Assembly: GCA_902523675.1 (NCBI GenBank) | Contig: CABZAL010000001.1 | Location: forward strand, 17,519-81,518 | Origin: an uncultured Alphaproteobacteria bacterium | Lineage (GTDB): Bacteria; Pseudomonadota; Alphaproteobacteria; Methylaequorales; Methylaequoraceae | Reading direction: 5' to 3' | Length of the DNA: 64,000 bases | Shown here: positions 42,582 through 52,840 of the stretch, in pieces | Position numbering within the stretch: the first letter of the stretch is position 1 | Layout: every line of letters begins with the position of its first letter | The notes under the pieces: model-generated | What the model was told of the DNA's origin: nothing | Seen by the model: only the letters and a program-made list of their open reading frames with translations | Databases searched by the model: none | Made by a program: the position numbers and the translations under genes

Positions 42582-43171
42582 TTATTTTCAACCATTAATT
42601 TTTTAAATTCGTTGCTTGAGATTTCATTTCTTTCATTCACTATTTTATAATAAATTATATTAGATATTTCGAAAGAATATTTTGACACATTATCTATAAA
42701 TTCATTTTTTTTTTCTTTGAGTTGTTCTTCAGTTAGTAAAATTCTTTTCTCTAAATTAAGGTCAATCTCTTTGATTTTTTTTTCTATAAGTTCATTATTT
42801 TTCTTTATTAAATTGTTTATTCTCTTATCTATTTCCGTCTTAGCTGACTGAAGTTCATTTTCTGTTTTAAGTTTCAAATTTTTAGCCTCTGCATTAAACC
42901 TTTCAGCACTTTTAATTAAATCTTCAACTTTATTTTCTCTCAGTATTCTTATTTTCTCAATTTTTGGAATAAAAAAAAAGTTAATTATTAAAAATAATGA
43001 AACAAAAGTAAGTATTAGCCAGAATGTTTGAGACACGTAGGATGAAGGGTCTAATTGAGGCATTCCACTTTCAGCATATATTGTAGTTGAATAAGTATAT
43101 GCTGAAAAAAAAAAAATTTTTTTAAAAAGCTTATTCATTAATTTAAAAAACAAATAATAGAAGTAGTGCAA
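42578..43171 (-). CDS. atpG: ATP synthase F0 subunit b'
   Basis: One TM plus a charged helix. Second b-type subunit, as in alphaproteobacteria. The start is probably the internal Met near 43138. Confidence 0.75.
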   Translation of the reverse strand: MHYFYYLFFKLMNKLFKKIFFFSAYTYSTTIYAESGMPQLDPSSYVSQTFWLILTFVSLFLIINFFFIPKIEKIRILRENKVEDLIKSAERFNAEAKNLKLKTENELQSAKTEIDKRINNLIKKNNELIEKKIKEIDLNLEKRILLTEEQLKEKKNEFIDNVSKYSFEISNIIYYKIVNERNEISSNEFKKLMVENK

Positions 43172-43370
43172 TAATCAAAGCAAACAATGCCAATGCTTCT
43201 ACTAATGCGAATCCTAACATTGTCATTGTAAATACGTGTTCTCTCGCTCCTGGATTTCTTCCAACAGCAGATATAAATGCAGCAAAAATATTACCTATAC
43301 CAATACCTGAGCCAATAACCCCTAAAACGGCGATTCCAGCACCTAAAAGTTTCGCAGCTTCAATATCCAT
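43143..43370 (-). CDS. atpE: ATP synthase F0 subunit c
   Basis: 75 aa hairpin. GAGIGIGNIFAAFISAVGRNP motif with conserved Glu in helix 2. Confidence 0.9.
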   Translation of the reverse strand: MDIEAAKLLGAGIAVLGVIGSGIGIGNIFAAFISAVGRNPGAREHVFTMTMLGFALVEALALFALIIALLLLFVF

Positions 43371-43397
43371 ATTTTTCTCCTTTGTTAAGTTGATAGA

Positions 43398-44138
43398 TTA
43401 ATGCAAATGTATTGCATCATTTATATATAAACAAGTTAATATTGCAAATACATAAGCTTGTAAAAAAGCAATTACAATTTCTAGCCCAGTAAGCGCGACC
43501 AGAAAAGCTAACGGTAGTACACCACCAATTATAAAAGAATTCGCTCCTAAAACAAACACGAAACCACCAATAACTTTTAGAAGGGTGTGCCCCGCCATCA
43601 TATTCGCAAAAAGTCTTACAGATAAACTGATTGGTCTAGATATATATGAAATTATTTCGATAGGAACAAGTAATAACAACATTGGTTTAGGAACTCCACT
43701 GGGAGCAAAAAAACCTAGAAATTTTAATAATCCATGCTTAAAAATTGCAATAAAAGTAGCTGCAAGAAATATAAAAAATGCTATTGCAAAGGTAACAATA
43801 ATATGGCTTGTCCAGGTAAAGCTTAAAGGCATCATTCCAATTAAGTTACCAATAAGAATGAAAAAAAATAAAGTAAAAATGAACGGTAAGTATTTTAAAC
43901 CCTCTTTACCAATATTATCTCCAATCATAGTACTAATAAATTCGTAACTAAGTTCAACAAGAGATTGAATTTTGCTAGGAACAATTTTTAGATTCTTTAA
44001 TCCAAAAAATAATATAGTTAAAATAAAAACTACAGATAGTACCATCACCAAAGATGAATTTGTAAAAGAAACATCAAAATCACCAACGTTTAATTGGATA
44101 AGTTTACTTATTTCAAATTGAGCTAAAGGACTTGCCAT
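43398..44138 (-). CDS. atpB: ATP synthase F0 subunit a
   Basis: 246 aa polytopic protein. Conserved Arg region (SLSVRLFANMMAGH). Confidence 0.9.
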   Translation of the reverse strand: MASPLAQFEISKLIQLNVGDFDVSFTNSSLVMVLSVVFILTILFFGLKNLKIVPSKIQSLVELSYEFISTMIGDNIGKEGLKYLPFIFTLFFFILIGNLIGMMPLSFTWTSHIIVTFAIAFFIFLAATFIAIFKHGLLKFLGFFAPSGVPKPMLLLLVPIEIISYISRPISLSVRLFANMMAGHTLLKVIGGFVFVLGANSFIIGGVLPLAFLVALTGLEIVIAFLQAYVFAILTCLYINDAIHLH

Positions 44139-44139
44139 T

Positions 44140-44430
44140 CTATTTTTTCTTTATTTTTTCTAAATTAATTATTGAACGATACATTTTCACAAAGCCAGCT
44201 GCAACACCTAGTAACAAAAAAATTAAAAAAAATATTGGTTTTGTTGAAAATAATTTATCCATTCCGAGACCAATCATAATACCTACAAAAATACTTGCTA
44301 TAAGATCAATTGATATTTTTAATCCAGATCCAATCATACTGGAGGTATTTATATTACTTTTAAATCCAATATTTTTATTTTGTTTAAATTCATTAATCTT
44401 TTTTTTTAATTCTTCATTTTTATCTTGCAT
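44140..44430 (-). CDS. atpI: ATP synthase protein I (AtpI/AtpZ family)
   Basis: 96 aa. Two TM helices after a basic N-terminus. First gene of the F0 operon, immediately after smc. Confidence 0.6.
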   Translation of the reverse strand: MQDKNEELKKKINEFKQNKNIGFKSNINTSSMIGSGLKISIDLIASIFVGIMIGLGMDKLFSTKPIFFLIFLLLGVAAGFVKMYRSIINLEKIKKK

Positions 44431-47400
44431 TTACACAGCAGTTTTGAAGTTATTTGATTCAAAATCAACAGAAACGATATCTGATATACCCTTTTGTTTC
44501 ATTGTGACACCATAAATTCTATCAACCATAGCCATAGTAGTTTTATGGTGTGAAATTATTAAAAATCGTGTATCAGTCTCATTTCGAATAAATTTCATAA
44601 TTTCACAAAATTTATCAACATTTGCATCATCTAAAGCAGCATCTACCTCATCAAGGATACACAACGGGGAGGGATTAATGAGAAAAATGGAAAATATTAA
44701 AGCAATTGCAGTTAATGTCTTTTCACCACCTGATAGTAAACTGATATTGGTTAATTTTTTCCCGGGAGGTTTTGCAAAAATTTCAAGACCTGTCTGAAGT
44801 GGATCTTCAGATTTAATGAGTTCAAGACTCGCCTCACCGCCATTGAATAATTTTTTGAATAGTTTGGTAAAGTTTTCGTTAACTTGTTCAAAGGCTGAAA
44901 AAAGTTTACGTTTACCCTCATTATTAATTTGTGAAATCGCTAATCTTAATTTTTCTATAGCATCGTATAGGTCGTTTCTTTCCAATTCAATTCTATTGAA
45001 TTCTTTTTTTATATCTTGCTCTTCAATATATGCTCTCAAATTAACAGGCCCCATTTGCTCTCTTTGTAAAATGTATTTGTCCAATTGACTTTTTGTATTA
45101 TCGATTTGAATTTCTTCTTCATTACTAATATTTAACCTCTCTTTCATCTCTTCTGGTTGGCAATGAATTTTTTGAAAAATTATTTCTCTTAAGTTTTCTT
45201 TTTTTTCTTTGAGATAGTTTATATTTTCTTCTGATCTAATTGTTCTATCTTTTATTTGCTCTATTTCGGATTCTATTTTTTTGATTTCTTTATCAATGTG
45301 TTCTAATAAATCACTTTGTTGCTCAATTTGTTTATTACCTGCATCTATTTCTACGTTAAAATTTTTACCTTTATTTTCCAATGATGATAGCTTTTCCTCT
45401 AATTCCATTGGAAACTCTTGAATTTTCTTTTTTTCATTTTCAATTATTTTTTTTCTTGAATTAAAATTTGAAATTTGAGCTTCTGCTTCACTTTTTCTTT
45501 TTTTATTTTTTTTTAAATCCTCATACATGTAATTATACTTTATCTCACTGCTGATTATTTCTTCATTTAATTTAGAAATTTGAAATCTTTTTTTGTTTAT
45601 TTCATCCTTAATTTCTAGAATTAACATTTCTGTTAAACTTTTTTCTCCTTTAGGATTTTTTTTGCTATGTTGATCTCTTATTTTCTGATGGTCATTAATT
45701 TTTTGCAGTTCATCATCAATTAAAATGATTTCTTTGTTAATAAATGAAATTTTTTCTGTTAGTTTTTCAAAGTTGCTTTTATTATCAATATTATTTTCAC
45801 TTATACTTGAAATTTCGTTGGTTATTTTGTTTATTTCGAGATAGACTTTTTCTATTTCAGATTTATATTTAAACTCGTTTTTCTTATTCTGTTCACATTT
45901 TAACTTTAATTTCTTGATCTCATTTAATCTACCAATTAATTGTTTATCATAAATTTTTGAATTTTTTTTTAGTTTTTCTACTCTTGAACTATAGTTTATA
46001 ATTTTATTTCTTTCTTTTTTTTCGTCAACATAACCATCCCATCTCCAAATTGTACCATCTGAACAGACAACCATTTGGCCAGTTTTTAATTGTTTTTGTT
46101 TTAAATAACCTGATTTGTTGTCATCTACATAGGTAACTTGAGATAAAAAAGGTAAAATTTTTTTTGGAAAATTAACAAATTGGCTAAGAGGATTTTCAGC
46201 TGATTCTAAATTACTGATTTCCATATCTACCCATCTTTTTTTAGAGTTAGATAATTCTGCATCTAATTCGTGTTTTAAAATTGAAAAAACTGCATTTTCA
46301 TATCCCTTTTTTATTTTCAATAAATTGAAAATTGAATTTTTTGGAATATCATTGTCCTCAATTAATTTATTTAGTGTATGAATTTCCGTAGTAATTTCAG
46401 TCAATTTTTCCTTGAACTTAATTAGTTCCTGATTTTTGGAGTTTAAAGTTTCAGAATTTATCTGATTTTCTTTTGTTATTTTTACGTTATTAGCTTTTAA
46501 TAATGATAACTTATTCTCTAAAACTATTTTTTTATCTTTAAGTGTTTCTATTTTCTCTTCAAATTCCTTAAGATTATTTTCATTAATTTCACGTTGAGCA
46601 TATGTTTTTTGCCCTAGAAGATCATTTTTTTTGTTTATCAAATACTCCTGAGATTCTTTTAAATTATCTGATTTGAATTCCTCTCCAAGAAGAAGCTGCA
46701 TTTCATTAACAAAATTTGACTCACTAGCTTTAAGTTTTTCTTGCAAATGAAATTCCTCTGTTTTGGATTCTTTCAAATTTATTTTTAGTTTTTTAATATC
46801 CACAAATTTGTCTATATTTTTAGAAATTTCTTTTATATTAAATGTGATTTCCTCGAGTCTATTTTTTTCAAGATTTCTATCTTTTTCTAAATTTTCAAGA
46901 AATTGTGTTATTTCTTTCTTTCTTGTATCAAGAAAGTTTTTTTTATTTAAAAGATTATTTTTTTCAGATAAGACTTTTTGTAAATTAGTATTAAAATTGA
47001 ACACTAGGTCTTTTTGTTCCTCAATAAGATTTCTCTTTTCCTTTTTCATTACCTGACTTTTATCTAATTCTATTTTCAGTCCATCTAACTTTTTTCTATA
47101 ATCTGAAAAAAGTCTTTTAATTTCATTAAATTTCTTGTCTAATTCCTTCCACTCAAGGAATAATATCAAATTTTCATTTTTTTTTATGTTATTTGTTAAC
47201 TGTTGGTATTTTTCTGCTTGTCTTGATTGTCTTTTTAGTGTTCTCATCTGAAAATCTAAGTTTTTTAAAATATCATCCAATCTCGCAAGATTGATCGCAG
47301 TAGCTTCTAGCTTAAGTTCGGACTCACGTCTTCTAGCCTGAAGTCCTGAAATTCCAGCAGCGTCTTCAAGTATAATTTTTCTTTCGATTGGTTTAAAGTT

Positions 47401-47862
47401 TATTATTTGGTCAATATTACCTTGACCAATAATAGAGCTTGACCTTGAACCACTACCTGTATCTGAAAAGAAAACAGATACATCTTTGGCCCTTACCTCT
47501 TTATTATTCATTTTATAAAATGAACCAACACCCCTTTCAATACTTCTTGATACTACTAAGTCGTCATCTTTAAAAAACTTAATATCATTGTTATCTTTAG
47601 ACTTTTCTAATTCTAATGAAACTTCAGCATAGTTTTTTGCTGGTAGAGTTTCAGTTCCATTAAATATGATTTCGTCCATAGAGCTTGATCTAAGAGTTTT
47701 TGAAGAAAGTTCACCCATTACCCATCTAATAGACTCAAAAATATTTGATTTTCCACAACCATTTGGTCCTACTATGCCAGTTACACCATCGCTTATTTCA
47801 ATTTCAGTAGGGTGTGCAAAAGACTTAAAACCGGTGATCTTTAATTTGGTAACCTTAAACAA
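44431..47862 (-). CDS. smc: Chromosome segregation protein SMC
   Basis: 1143 aa. N-terminal Walker A (GPNGCGKSN). Long coiled coils with a central hinge. C-terminal signature LSGGEKTLTAIALIFSIF and Walker B LDEVDAALD. Confidence 0.9.
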   Translation of the reverse strand: MFKVTKLKITGFKSFAHPTEIEISDGVTGIVGPNGCGKSNIFESIRWVMGELSSKTLRSSSMDEIIFNGTETLPAKNYAEVSLELEKSKDNNDIKFFKDDDLVVSRSIERGVGSFYKMNNKEVRAKDVSVFFSDTGSGSRSSSIIGQGNIDQIINFKPIERKIILEDAAGISGLQARRRESELKLEATAINLARLDDILKNLDFQMRTLKRQSRQAEKYQQLTNNIKKNENLILFLEWKELDKKFNEIKRLFSDYRKKLDGLKIELDKSQVMKKEKRNLIEEQKDLVFNFNTNLQKVLSEKNNLLNKKNFLDTRKKEITQFLENLEKDRNLEKNRLEEITFNIKEISKNIDKFVDIKKLKINLKESKTEEFHLQEKLKASESNFVNEMQLLLGEEFKSDNLKESQEYLINKKNDLLGQKTYAQREINENNLKEFEEKIETLKDKKIVLENKLSLLKANNVKITKENQINSETLNSKNQELIKFKEKLTEITTEIHTLNKLIEDNDIPKNSIFNLLKIKKGYENAVFSILKHELDAELSNSKKRWVDMEISNLESAENPLSQFVNFPKKILPFLSQVTYVDDNKSGYLKQKQLKTGQMVVCSDGTIWRWDGYVDEKKERNKIINYSSRVEKLKKNSKIYDKQLIGRLNEIKKLKLKCEQNKKNEFKYKSEIEKVYLEINKITNEISSISENNIDNKSNFEKLTEKISFINKEIILIDDELQKINDHQKIRDQHSKKNPKGEKSLTEMLILEIKDEINKKRFQISKLNEEIISSEIKYNYMYEDLKKNKKRKSEAEAQISNFNSRKKIIENEKKKIQEFPMELEEKLSSLENKGKNFNVEIDAGNKQIEQQSDLLEHIDKEIKKIESEIEQIKDRTIRSEENINYLKEKKENLREIIFQKIHCQPEEMKERLNISNEEEIQIDNTKSQLDKYILQREQMGPVNLRAYIEEQDIKKEFNRIELERNDLYDAIEKLRLAISQINNEGKRKLFSAFEQVNENFTKLFKKLFNGGEASLELIKSEDPLQTGLEIFAKPPGKKLTNISLLSGGEKTLTAIALIFSIFLINPSPLCILDEVDAALDDANVDKFCEIMKFIRNETDTRFLIISHHKTTMAMVDRIYGVTMKQKGISDIVSVDFESNNFKTAV

Positions 47863-47866
47863 TTTC

Positions 47867-48481
47867 TTATTTTAACATCGATTTAATTTTAGTTTCAAGA
47901 GCTTCAATTGTTAAATCTCCATTATATTTTTCACCATTTAAGTATAGTGTTGGTGTAGCTTTTATGTCATATTTTTTTGAAGAATTTAATCTTTGTTTTA
48001 ATATCCCATCTTCAATAGATTTATTCCCAATGCAAACCTTTAGTTCTTCGTCTTTTAATCCACCAAACTTTGCTATCTTTAATAAAGATTTAAAAGGATC
48101 TTTAGTTCTTGTCCAATCCTTTTGCTTTTTATAAAAGACATCCAAGAATTTAAAAAATTTTTCGTTTCCAGCGCATCTTGCTATCATTGAAGCCTTAAGT
48201 GCAAATTTATCCAACGGAAAGTCTTTATATGTGAAATGAATAAGCCCTTTTTCTATATATTTTTCCTTTAATATTGGCATTACTTCATTATGGAACTTTG
48301 CACAATGCCCGCATGTTAAAGATGCAAATTCTACAATTTTAACTTTTGCATTTTCATCACCGAACGATTTAGATTCTAATGCCTCAATTGTGTCAACAAC
48401 TCTTGCGTTTATTGAGGTCTGAAAAAAACCGAGGATCATAAAAAAAAAGAGATAAAATTTATTAATTTTTAATTTATTCAT
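47867..48481 (-). CDS. DsbA family thiol:disulfide oxidoreductase
   Basis: Signal peptide. Thioredoxin-fold CGHC active site. Conserved position next to smc in alphaproteobacteria. Confidence 0.8.
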   Translation of the reverse strand: MNKLKINKFYLFFFMILGFFQTSINARVVDTIEALESKSFGDENAKVKIVEFASLTCGHCAKFHNEVMPILKEKYIEKGLIHFTYKDFPLDKFALKASMIARCAGNEKFFKFLDVFYKKQKDWTRTKDPFKSLLKIAKFGGLKDEELKVCIGNKSIEDGILKQRLNSSKKYDIKATPTLYLNGEKYNGDLTIEALETKIKSMLK

Positions 48482-48482
48482 T

Positions 48483-48797
48483 TCAAGTATATAAGGGTTT
48501 CTTAAATTTTATTCCAGATACTAATTCAAATTTATAATAACTATTAATTTTATTCATTATTTCATGATTCTTATAACTTATTTCAAATGTGTTGTTACCA
48601 ATAACTAACAACTCAAGTATATTTTTATCATTTGTCTTGTGTATTTTGATTGGGTAAATAATTCTAGAAAGTTTCTTACCTATAATATTTTCCCAATTTG
48701 ATTGAACTTTAAATAAATTACTAGAAAATTTTTTGGTAATTGGTTTTAATACCTTTGGTAATATGGAGGAAATATATCTTGGATTTTTTAAATTCAT
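48483..48797 (-). CDS. DUF721 (DciA-like) small protein
   Basis: 104 aa. Divergent to mutY and upstream of dsbA-smc, the conserved alphaproteobacterial position of the DUF721 gene. Confidence 0.55.
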   Translation of the reverse strand: MNLKNPRYISSILPKVLKPITKKFSSNLFKVQSNWENIIGKKLSRIIYPIKIHKTNDKNILELLVIGNNTFEISYKNHEIMNKINSYYKFELVSGIKFKKPLYT

Positions 48798-48819
48798 TTT
48801 AGATTTAATAATAGCTTAT

Positions 48820-49875
48820 ATGAAACATATCAAATTTAACAATTTTACTAAAGAAAAAAAACTTTGGGTTAACCAAATAATATATTGGTACAATAAAAAT
48901 AAACGAAATTTAATGTGGCGCAAACCAGAAAATCAAAATTTTTATAGTATATGGATTAGTGAAATCATGTTACAACAAACTAATGTTCAAACTGTCGAAA
49001 AATATTTCTTAGCTTTTAAAAAAAAATGGCCAACATTCAAGTCTTTTCTTAATGCCAACTTAAATGACATATTAAAAATATGGCAGGGACTAGGATATTA
49101 CCAAAGAGCTAAGAATATCTATAAGACTCTCCAAATTTTGAGAAAAAATAAAATTAAAGTGACATATAATGAATTAATTAAACTACCTGGAATAGGTGAT
49201 TATAGTGCTGCGGCAATTTCAGCAATTCTTGCAGATCAGAATCATGCAGTTGTTGATGGTAACATAAAAAGAATACTCTCTAGAGTATTTGATATTGATA
49301 GTCAATCAAATAAGTTTAAAACTCAAGTTTATAACAAAGCAAAGGAATTAACACCAAATTCGGGGAATGGCGATTATTGTCAGGCACTGATGGATATCGG
49401 TGCTACAATTTGTAAACCTAAACAAGTTAATTGTACTATCTGCCCATTGACAAATTTTTGTGACTTTTTTATTACAAAAAAAAAAATTTTAAAAAAAAAA
49501 CTTTTTGTAAAAAAAAAAAAAGTTGGAGTAACTTTTGTTTATGAGTTTGAAAACGAAATATATATTGAAAAATCTGAAGAGGCTTTTTTACATGGATTAA
49601 TGAAATTTCAAACTTCAGATTTTCTCGAATACCGATCAAACTTTGAATATACAAAAAAGAAAAAACTGTTAGATATGAAAAATAATTTTATTTCAAAAAA
49701 TTCAAATTTAGGATTTGTAGAGCATCATTTTACAAATTTTCATCTTGTATTATTTATTAAAAAAATGAAAATTTATAAAAAATTCTATGATCCAAAAGGT
49801 TTGTGGATATTTAAAAAAGATTTTTTTAATTACCCATTTTCTAATTTAATGATAAAAGTATTTAAAAAGATTTAA
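48820..49875 (+). CDS. mutY: A/G-specific adenine DNA glycosylase
   Basis: HhH-GPD motif (LPGIGDYSAAAI). 4Fe-4S Cys cluster (CKPKQVNCTICPLTNFC). C-terminal NUDIX-like domain. Start at MKHIKF (48820). Confidence 0.85.
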   Translation: MKHIKFNNFTKEKKLWVNQIIYWYNKNKRNLMWRKPENQNFYSIWISEIMLQQTNVQTVEKYFLAFKKKWPTFKSFLNANLNDILKIWQGLGYYQRAKNIYKTLQILRKNKIKVTYNELIKLPGIGDYSAAAISAILADQNHAVVDGNIKRILSRVFDIDSQSNKFKTQVYNKAKELTPNSGNGDYCQALMDIGATICKPKQVNCTICPLTNFCDFFITKKKILKKKLFVKKKKVGVTFVYEFENEIYIEKSEEAFLHGLMKFQTSDFLEYRSNFEYTKKKKLLDMKNNFISKNSNLGFVEHHFTNFHLVLFIKKMKIYKKFYDPKGLWIFKKDFFNYPFSNLMIKVFKKI

Positions 49876-49890
49876 AATTGATTAAAAATT

Positions 49891-50214
49891 ATGGGAATTT
49901 TTAAATTTATCTTTTGTATTTTTTTTCTCTTGGTAATAAATTTCGGTTTTGAAATTTCTATTGCTCAAATTAATGACCACGAAAAAGCAATTGAAGCCGT
50001 AAAAAGTGGTGAAATCCTTCCCTTGGATCAAATTCTTCTAAACATCAGAAATCAATTTGATGGAAGAGTTCTTGCTATTAACCTAAAAGATAATGAACAA
50101 GGTCTTTTTGGTTGGGTTTATGACATAAGAATGATAAATTCTTACAACGAAGTTATAAATTTAAGAGTTGATGCGGGAACATCAACTGTATTAATGGTTG
50201 AAGGAGCTGACTAA
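49891..50214 (+). CDS. PepSY domain secreted/membrane-anchored small protein
   Basis: 107 aa. Signal or anchor helix then a PepSY-like core (ILPLDQILLNIRNQFDGRVLAINLKDNEQGLFGWVYDIRMIN). Immediately upstream of the two-component pair. Confidence 0.6.
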   Translation: MGIFKFIFCIFFLLVINFGFEISIAQINDHEKAIEAVKSGEILPLDQILLNIRNQFDGRVLAINLKDNEQGLFGWVYDIRMINSYNEVINLRVDAGTSTVLMVEGAD

Positions 50215-50219
50215 AAGTC

Positions 50220-50882
50220 ATGAGAATATTAGTTGTTGAAGATGATCCTAATTTAAATAAACAAGTAAAAAATGCTTTGGAAGATAACGGATATTCTGTT
50301 GATATAGCTTTAGATGGTGAAGAAGGACATTTTTTAGGTGATACGGAACCCTATGATGCTGTTGTTCTTGACTTAGGATTACCAAAAATAGATGGTTTGA
50401 CAGTTTTAGAAAATTGGAGGAAAGAAAATAAAAAATTTCCTGTTTTAATTCTGACTGCGAGAGATAGATGGAGTGAAAAAGTAAATGGATTTGATGCTGG
50501 GGCTGATGATTATGTAACGAAACCATTTCAAATGGAAGAGTTGTTAGCAAGGTTAAGAGCCTTAATTAGAAGATCTGCTGGCCATGCTACCTCTGACATA
50601 GAATGTGGTCCACTTAAGATTGATATAAAATTAAATAAGGTATTTATAAATGGTACTAAACTAAAATTAACATCACATGAGTACAAAATTATTGAATATT
50701 TTTTGCATCATCAAGACAAAGTAATATCACGAACTGAGCTGACTGAGCATATTTATGACCAAGACTTTGATAGGGACTCAAATACTATAGAAGTTTTTAT
50801 AGGGCGACTTAGAAAAAAGATAGGAAATAACATGATAAAAACCGAAAGAGGTTATGGCTATAGACTATCACTAGATGAGTAA
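50220..50882 (+). CDS. Two-component response regulator, OmpR family
   Basis: REC domain (MRILVVEDD, phospho-Asp in VVLDLGLP) and winged-helix DNA-binding C-terminus (RGYGYRL). Confidence 0.9.
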   Translation: MRILVVEDDPNLNKQVKNALEDNGYSVDIALDGEEGHFLGDTEPYDAVVLDLGLPKIDGLTVLENWRKENKKFPVLILTARDRWSEKVNGFDAGADDYVTKPFQMEELLARLRALIRRSAGHATSDIECGPLKIDIKLNKVFINGTKLKLTSHEYKIIEYFLHHQDKVISRTELTEHIYDQDFDRDSNTIEVFIGRLRKKIGNNMIKTERGYGYRLSLDE

Positions 50883-50887
50883 AGATA

Positions 50888-52243
50888 TTGAACTACATTA
50901 ATTCTTTAGCATTAAGACTTTTTTTAAGTGCATTTGTTTGGATACTATTAACTTTAATGGGAGGTGGGTTATTATTATCGGATCTGTTTAGAGAAACCGC
51001 GGAAAAATCATTTGAAGATAAACTAAATCTTTTTATGGAAACACTGATTGGATCCAGTAAAATAGATTCTAGTGAGAGTATTACTGTAGTAAACCCCATA
51101 GGAGATCCAAGATTTTTTCAACCTTATTCAGGCTGGTATTGGCAAATTAACAAAGGTTCACAAACTTTAGTTAGATCACGATCTATGTGGGACCAAGTGT
51201 TGACTTTAGATAAAAGATTAATTGGTGGTAGAGCACAATTTTTAGATCCAAATTTACAAAATAAAAAAAACAAAAAAGTTATTTCATCCCAAAAACTAAA
51301 AATCTTACAAAGAGAGATTTCATTTCCCGGGTTTGATAATCCCCTAACTTTTATGGTCAGTGGTGATACTGATGAATTTGAAAAAAATATTTTAGCTTTC
51401 AATAATATTCTAATAATTTCACTTGTCATATTAGGCATGGGTTTATTGATCTCAGTTTATCTACAGGTAAAATATGGCCTTTTGCCTTTGCAAAAAATTA
51501 AAAATTCACTTTTTAAAATTCGAAATGGTGATGCAATTAAATTAGAAGACAATTATCCCACGGAGGTTTCACCACTGGCAAAGGAAATAAATATTTTGCT
51601 CGAGCATAATGAAAAGATTGTTGAGAGAGCAAAAACTCATGTAGGTAATTTAGCTCATGCACTTAAAACTCCACTCACTATAATTGGTAATCATGTTGAT
51701 GAAAAAAAAGACAAGGATATTAAACCGCAAATTGACTTAATAAATAAAAATATTGATAGATATTTAAATAAAGCTAGATCTTCAACTAATGTAAAAATTA
51801 TTAAGAGTAAGGTTAAAGTAGATAATCATGTTGAGAAGATAGCAAGTATATTCCAAAAGATTCATCCAAATAAAAATATAAAAGTCATAGTTAAAGATAA
51901 AAATCTGTTGATTCCAGGAAATTCAGATGATTTAGACGAAATTCTTGGAAATTTGTTAGAAAATGCCTGTAAGTGGACAAAAAAACTTGTTGAGATAAAA
52001 GTTCAAAGATTTTCCAAGAATTTAGTGAAATTTACTATCTCAGACGATGGACCTGGTCTCCCAGAGCACAAGCGAGCAGAAGTTTTTGCTCGTGGTTTTA
52101 GACTTGATGAACAAACACCTGGAACAGGTTTGGGTTTAAACATTGTAAAAGATACAGTTGAACAGTATTCAGGAAAAGTTTGGCTAACAAAATCAAATTT
52201 TGGGGGACTAACAGTGAACTTATTAATGCCTTTGTCTGTTTGA
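50888..52243 (+). CDS. Two-component sensor histidine kinase
   Basis: Two TM helices flank a periplasmic loop. HisKA H-box (NLAHALKTPLT). HATPase N, G1 (DDGPGL) and G2 (GTGLGL) boxes. Confidence 0.85.
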   Translation: MNYINSLALRLFLSAFVWILLTLMGGGLLLSDLFRETAEKSFEDKLNLFMETLIGSSKIDSSESITVVNPIGDPRFFQPYSGWYWQINKGSQTLVRSRSMWDQVLTLDKRLIGGRAQFLDPNLQNKKNKKVISSQKLKILQREISFPGFDNPLTFMVSGDTDEFEKNILAFNNILIISLVILGMGLLISVYLQVKYGLLPLQKIKNSLFKIRNGDAIKLEDNYPTEVSPLAKEINILLEHNEKIVERAKTHVGNLAHALKTPLTIIGNHVDEKKDKDIKPQIDLINKNIDRYLNKARSSTNVKIIKSKVKVDNHVEKIASIFQKIHPNKNIKVIVKDKNLLIPGNSDDLDEILGNLLENACKWTKKLVEIKVQRFSKNLVKFTISDDGPGLPEHKRAEVFARGFRLDEQTPGTGLGLNIVKDTVEQYSGKVWLTKSNFGGLTVNLLMPLSV

Positions 52244-52245
52244 TT

Positions 52246-52839
52246 TTATAAGAATCTAGTAATTGGTTTAAAACTCCTTCTATGAAACTTCGTAATACCA
52301 AAGCTTCTAATTGCGCTTAAATGTTTTTTTGTACCGTAACCCATATTTGATTTCCAACCATATTCTGGATAAAAACAGTCCAAATAATCCATTATTTGAT
52401 CTCTAAATACTTTTGCTAGAATTGAGGCAGATGCTATTGCAATTGATTTCTGATCGCCTTTAATTAAAAAATGAGTGTTTTTTTTAAATTCAAACATTTT
52501 TCTCCCATCAATTTTTATAATTGTATCTAAATTATTGAACTTCTTATAAGCTCTTTCCATAGCCAATTTTGTTGCAGTGTTAATATTTTGATTGTCAATT
52601 TCTTCAACATAGGCAATTCCAAAGTTAAAATATGAGTGTTTTTTTAGAAAATTTGATAATTCAACTCTTTTATCTTTTTTAATTTTTTTAGAATCATCAA
52701 TCAAAGCTAAATTTGAGCAATTTAAAATTGTAGATTTAAGTAATACTGCACATGCCACTAGTGGACCAGACCATGACCCTCTCCCAACTTCATCAATACC
52801 AATTGTTCTTTGTTCTATGTCAGTAGTATAATCAATCAT
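52246..52839 (-). CDS. rnhB: Ribonuclease HII
   Basis: 197 aa. GIDEVGRG catalytic N-terminus and DSK motif. Confidence 0.9.
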   Translation of the reverse strand: MIDYTTDIEQRTIGIDEVGRGSWSGPLVACAVLLKSTILNCSNLALIDDSKKIKKDKRVELSNFLKKHSYFNFGIAYVEEIDNQNINTATKLAMERAYKKFNNLDTIIKIDGRKMFEFKKNTHFLIKGDQKSIAIASASILAKVFRDQIMDYLDCFYPEYGWKSNMGYGTKKHLSAIRSFGITKFHRRSFKPITRFL

Positions 52840-52840
52840 A

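Noticed and set aside
43585-44515. 120-aa and 127-aa + strand ORFs antisense to atpB and atpI
   Set aside because: Embedded opposite strongly supported ATP synthase genes. Their translations are Ile/Lys/Asn-rich artefacts of AT-rich sequence.
46763-47056. 97-aa + strand ORF antisense within smc
   Set aside because: Low complexity (F/S/L-rich) inside the SMC coiled-coil region. Artefact.
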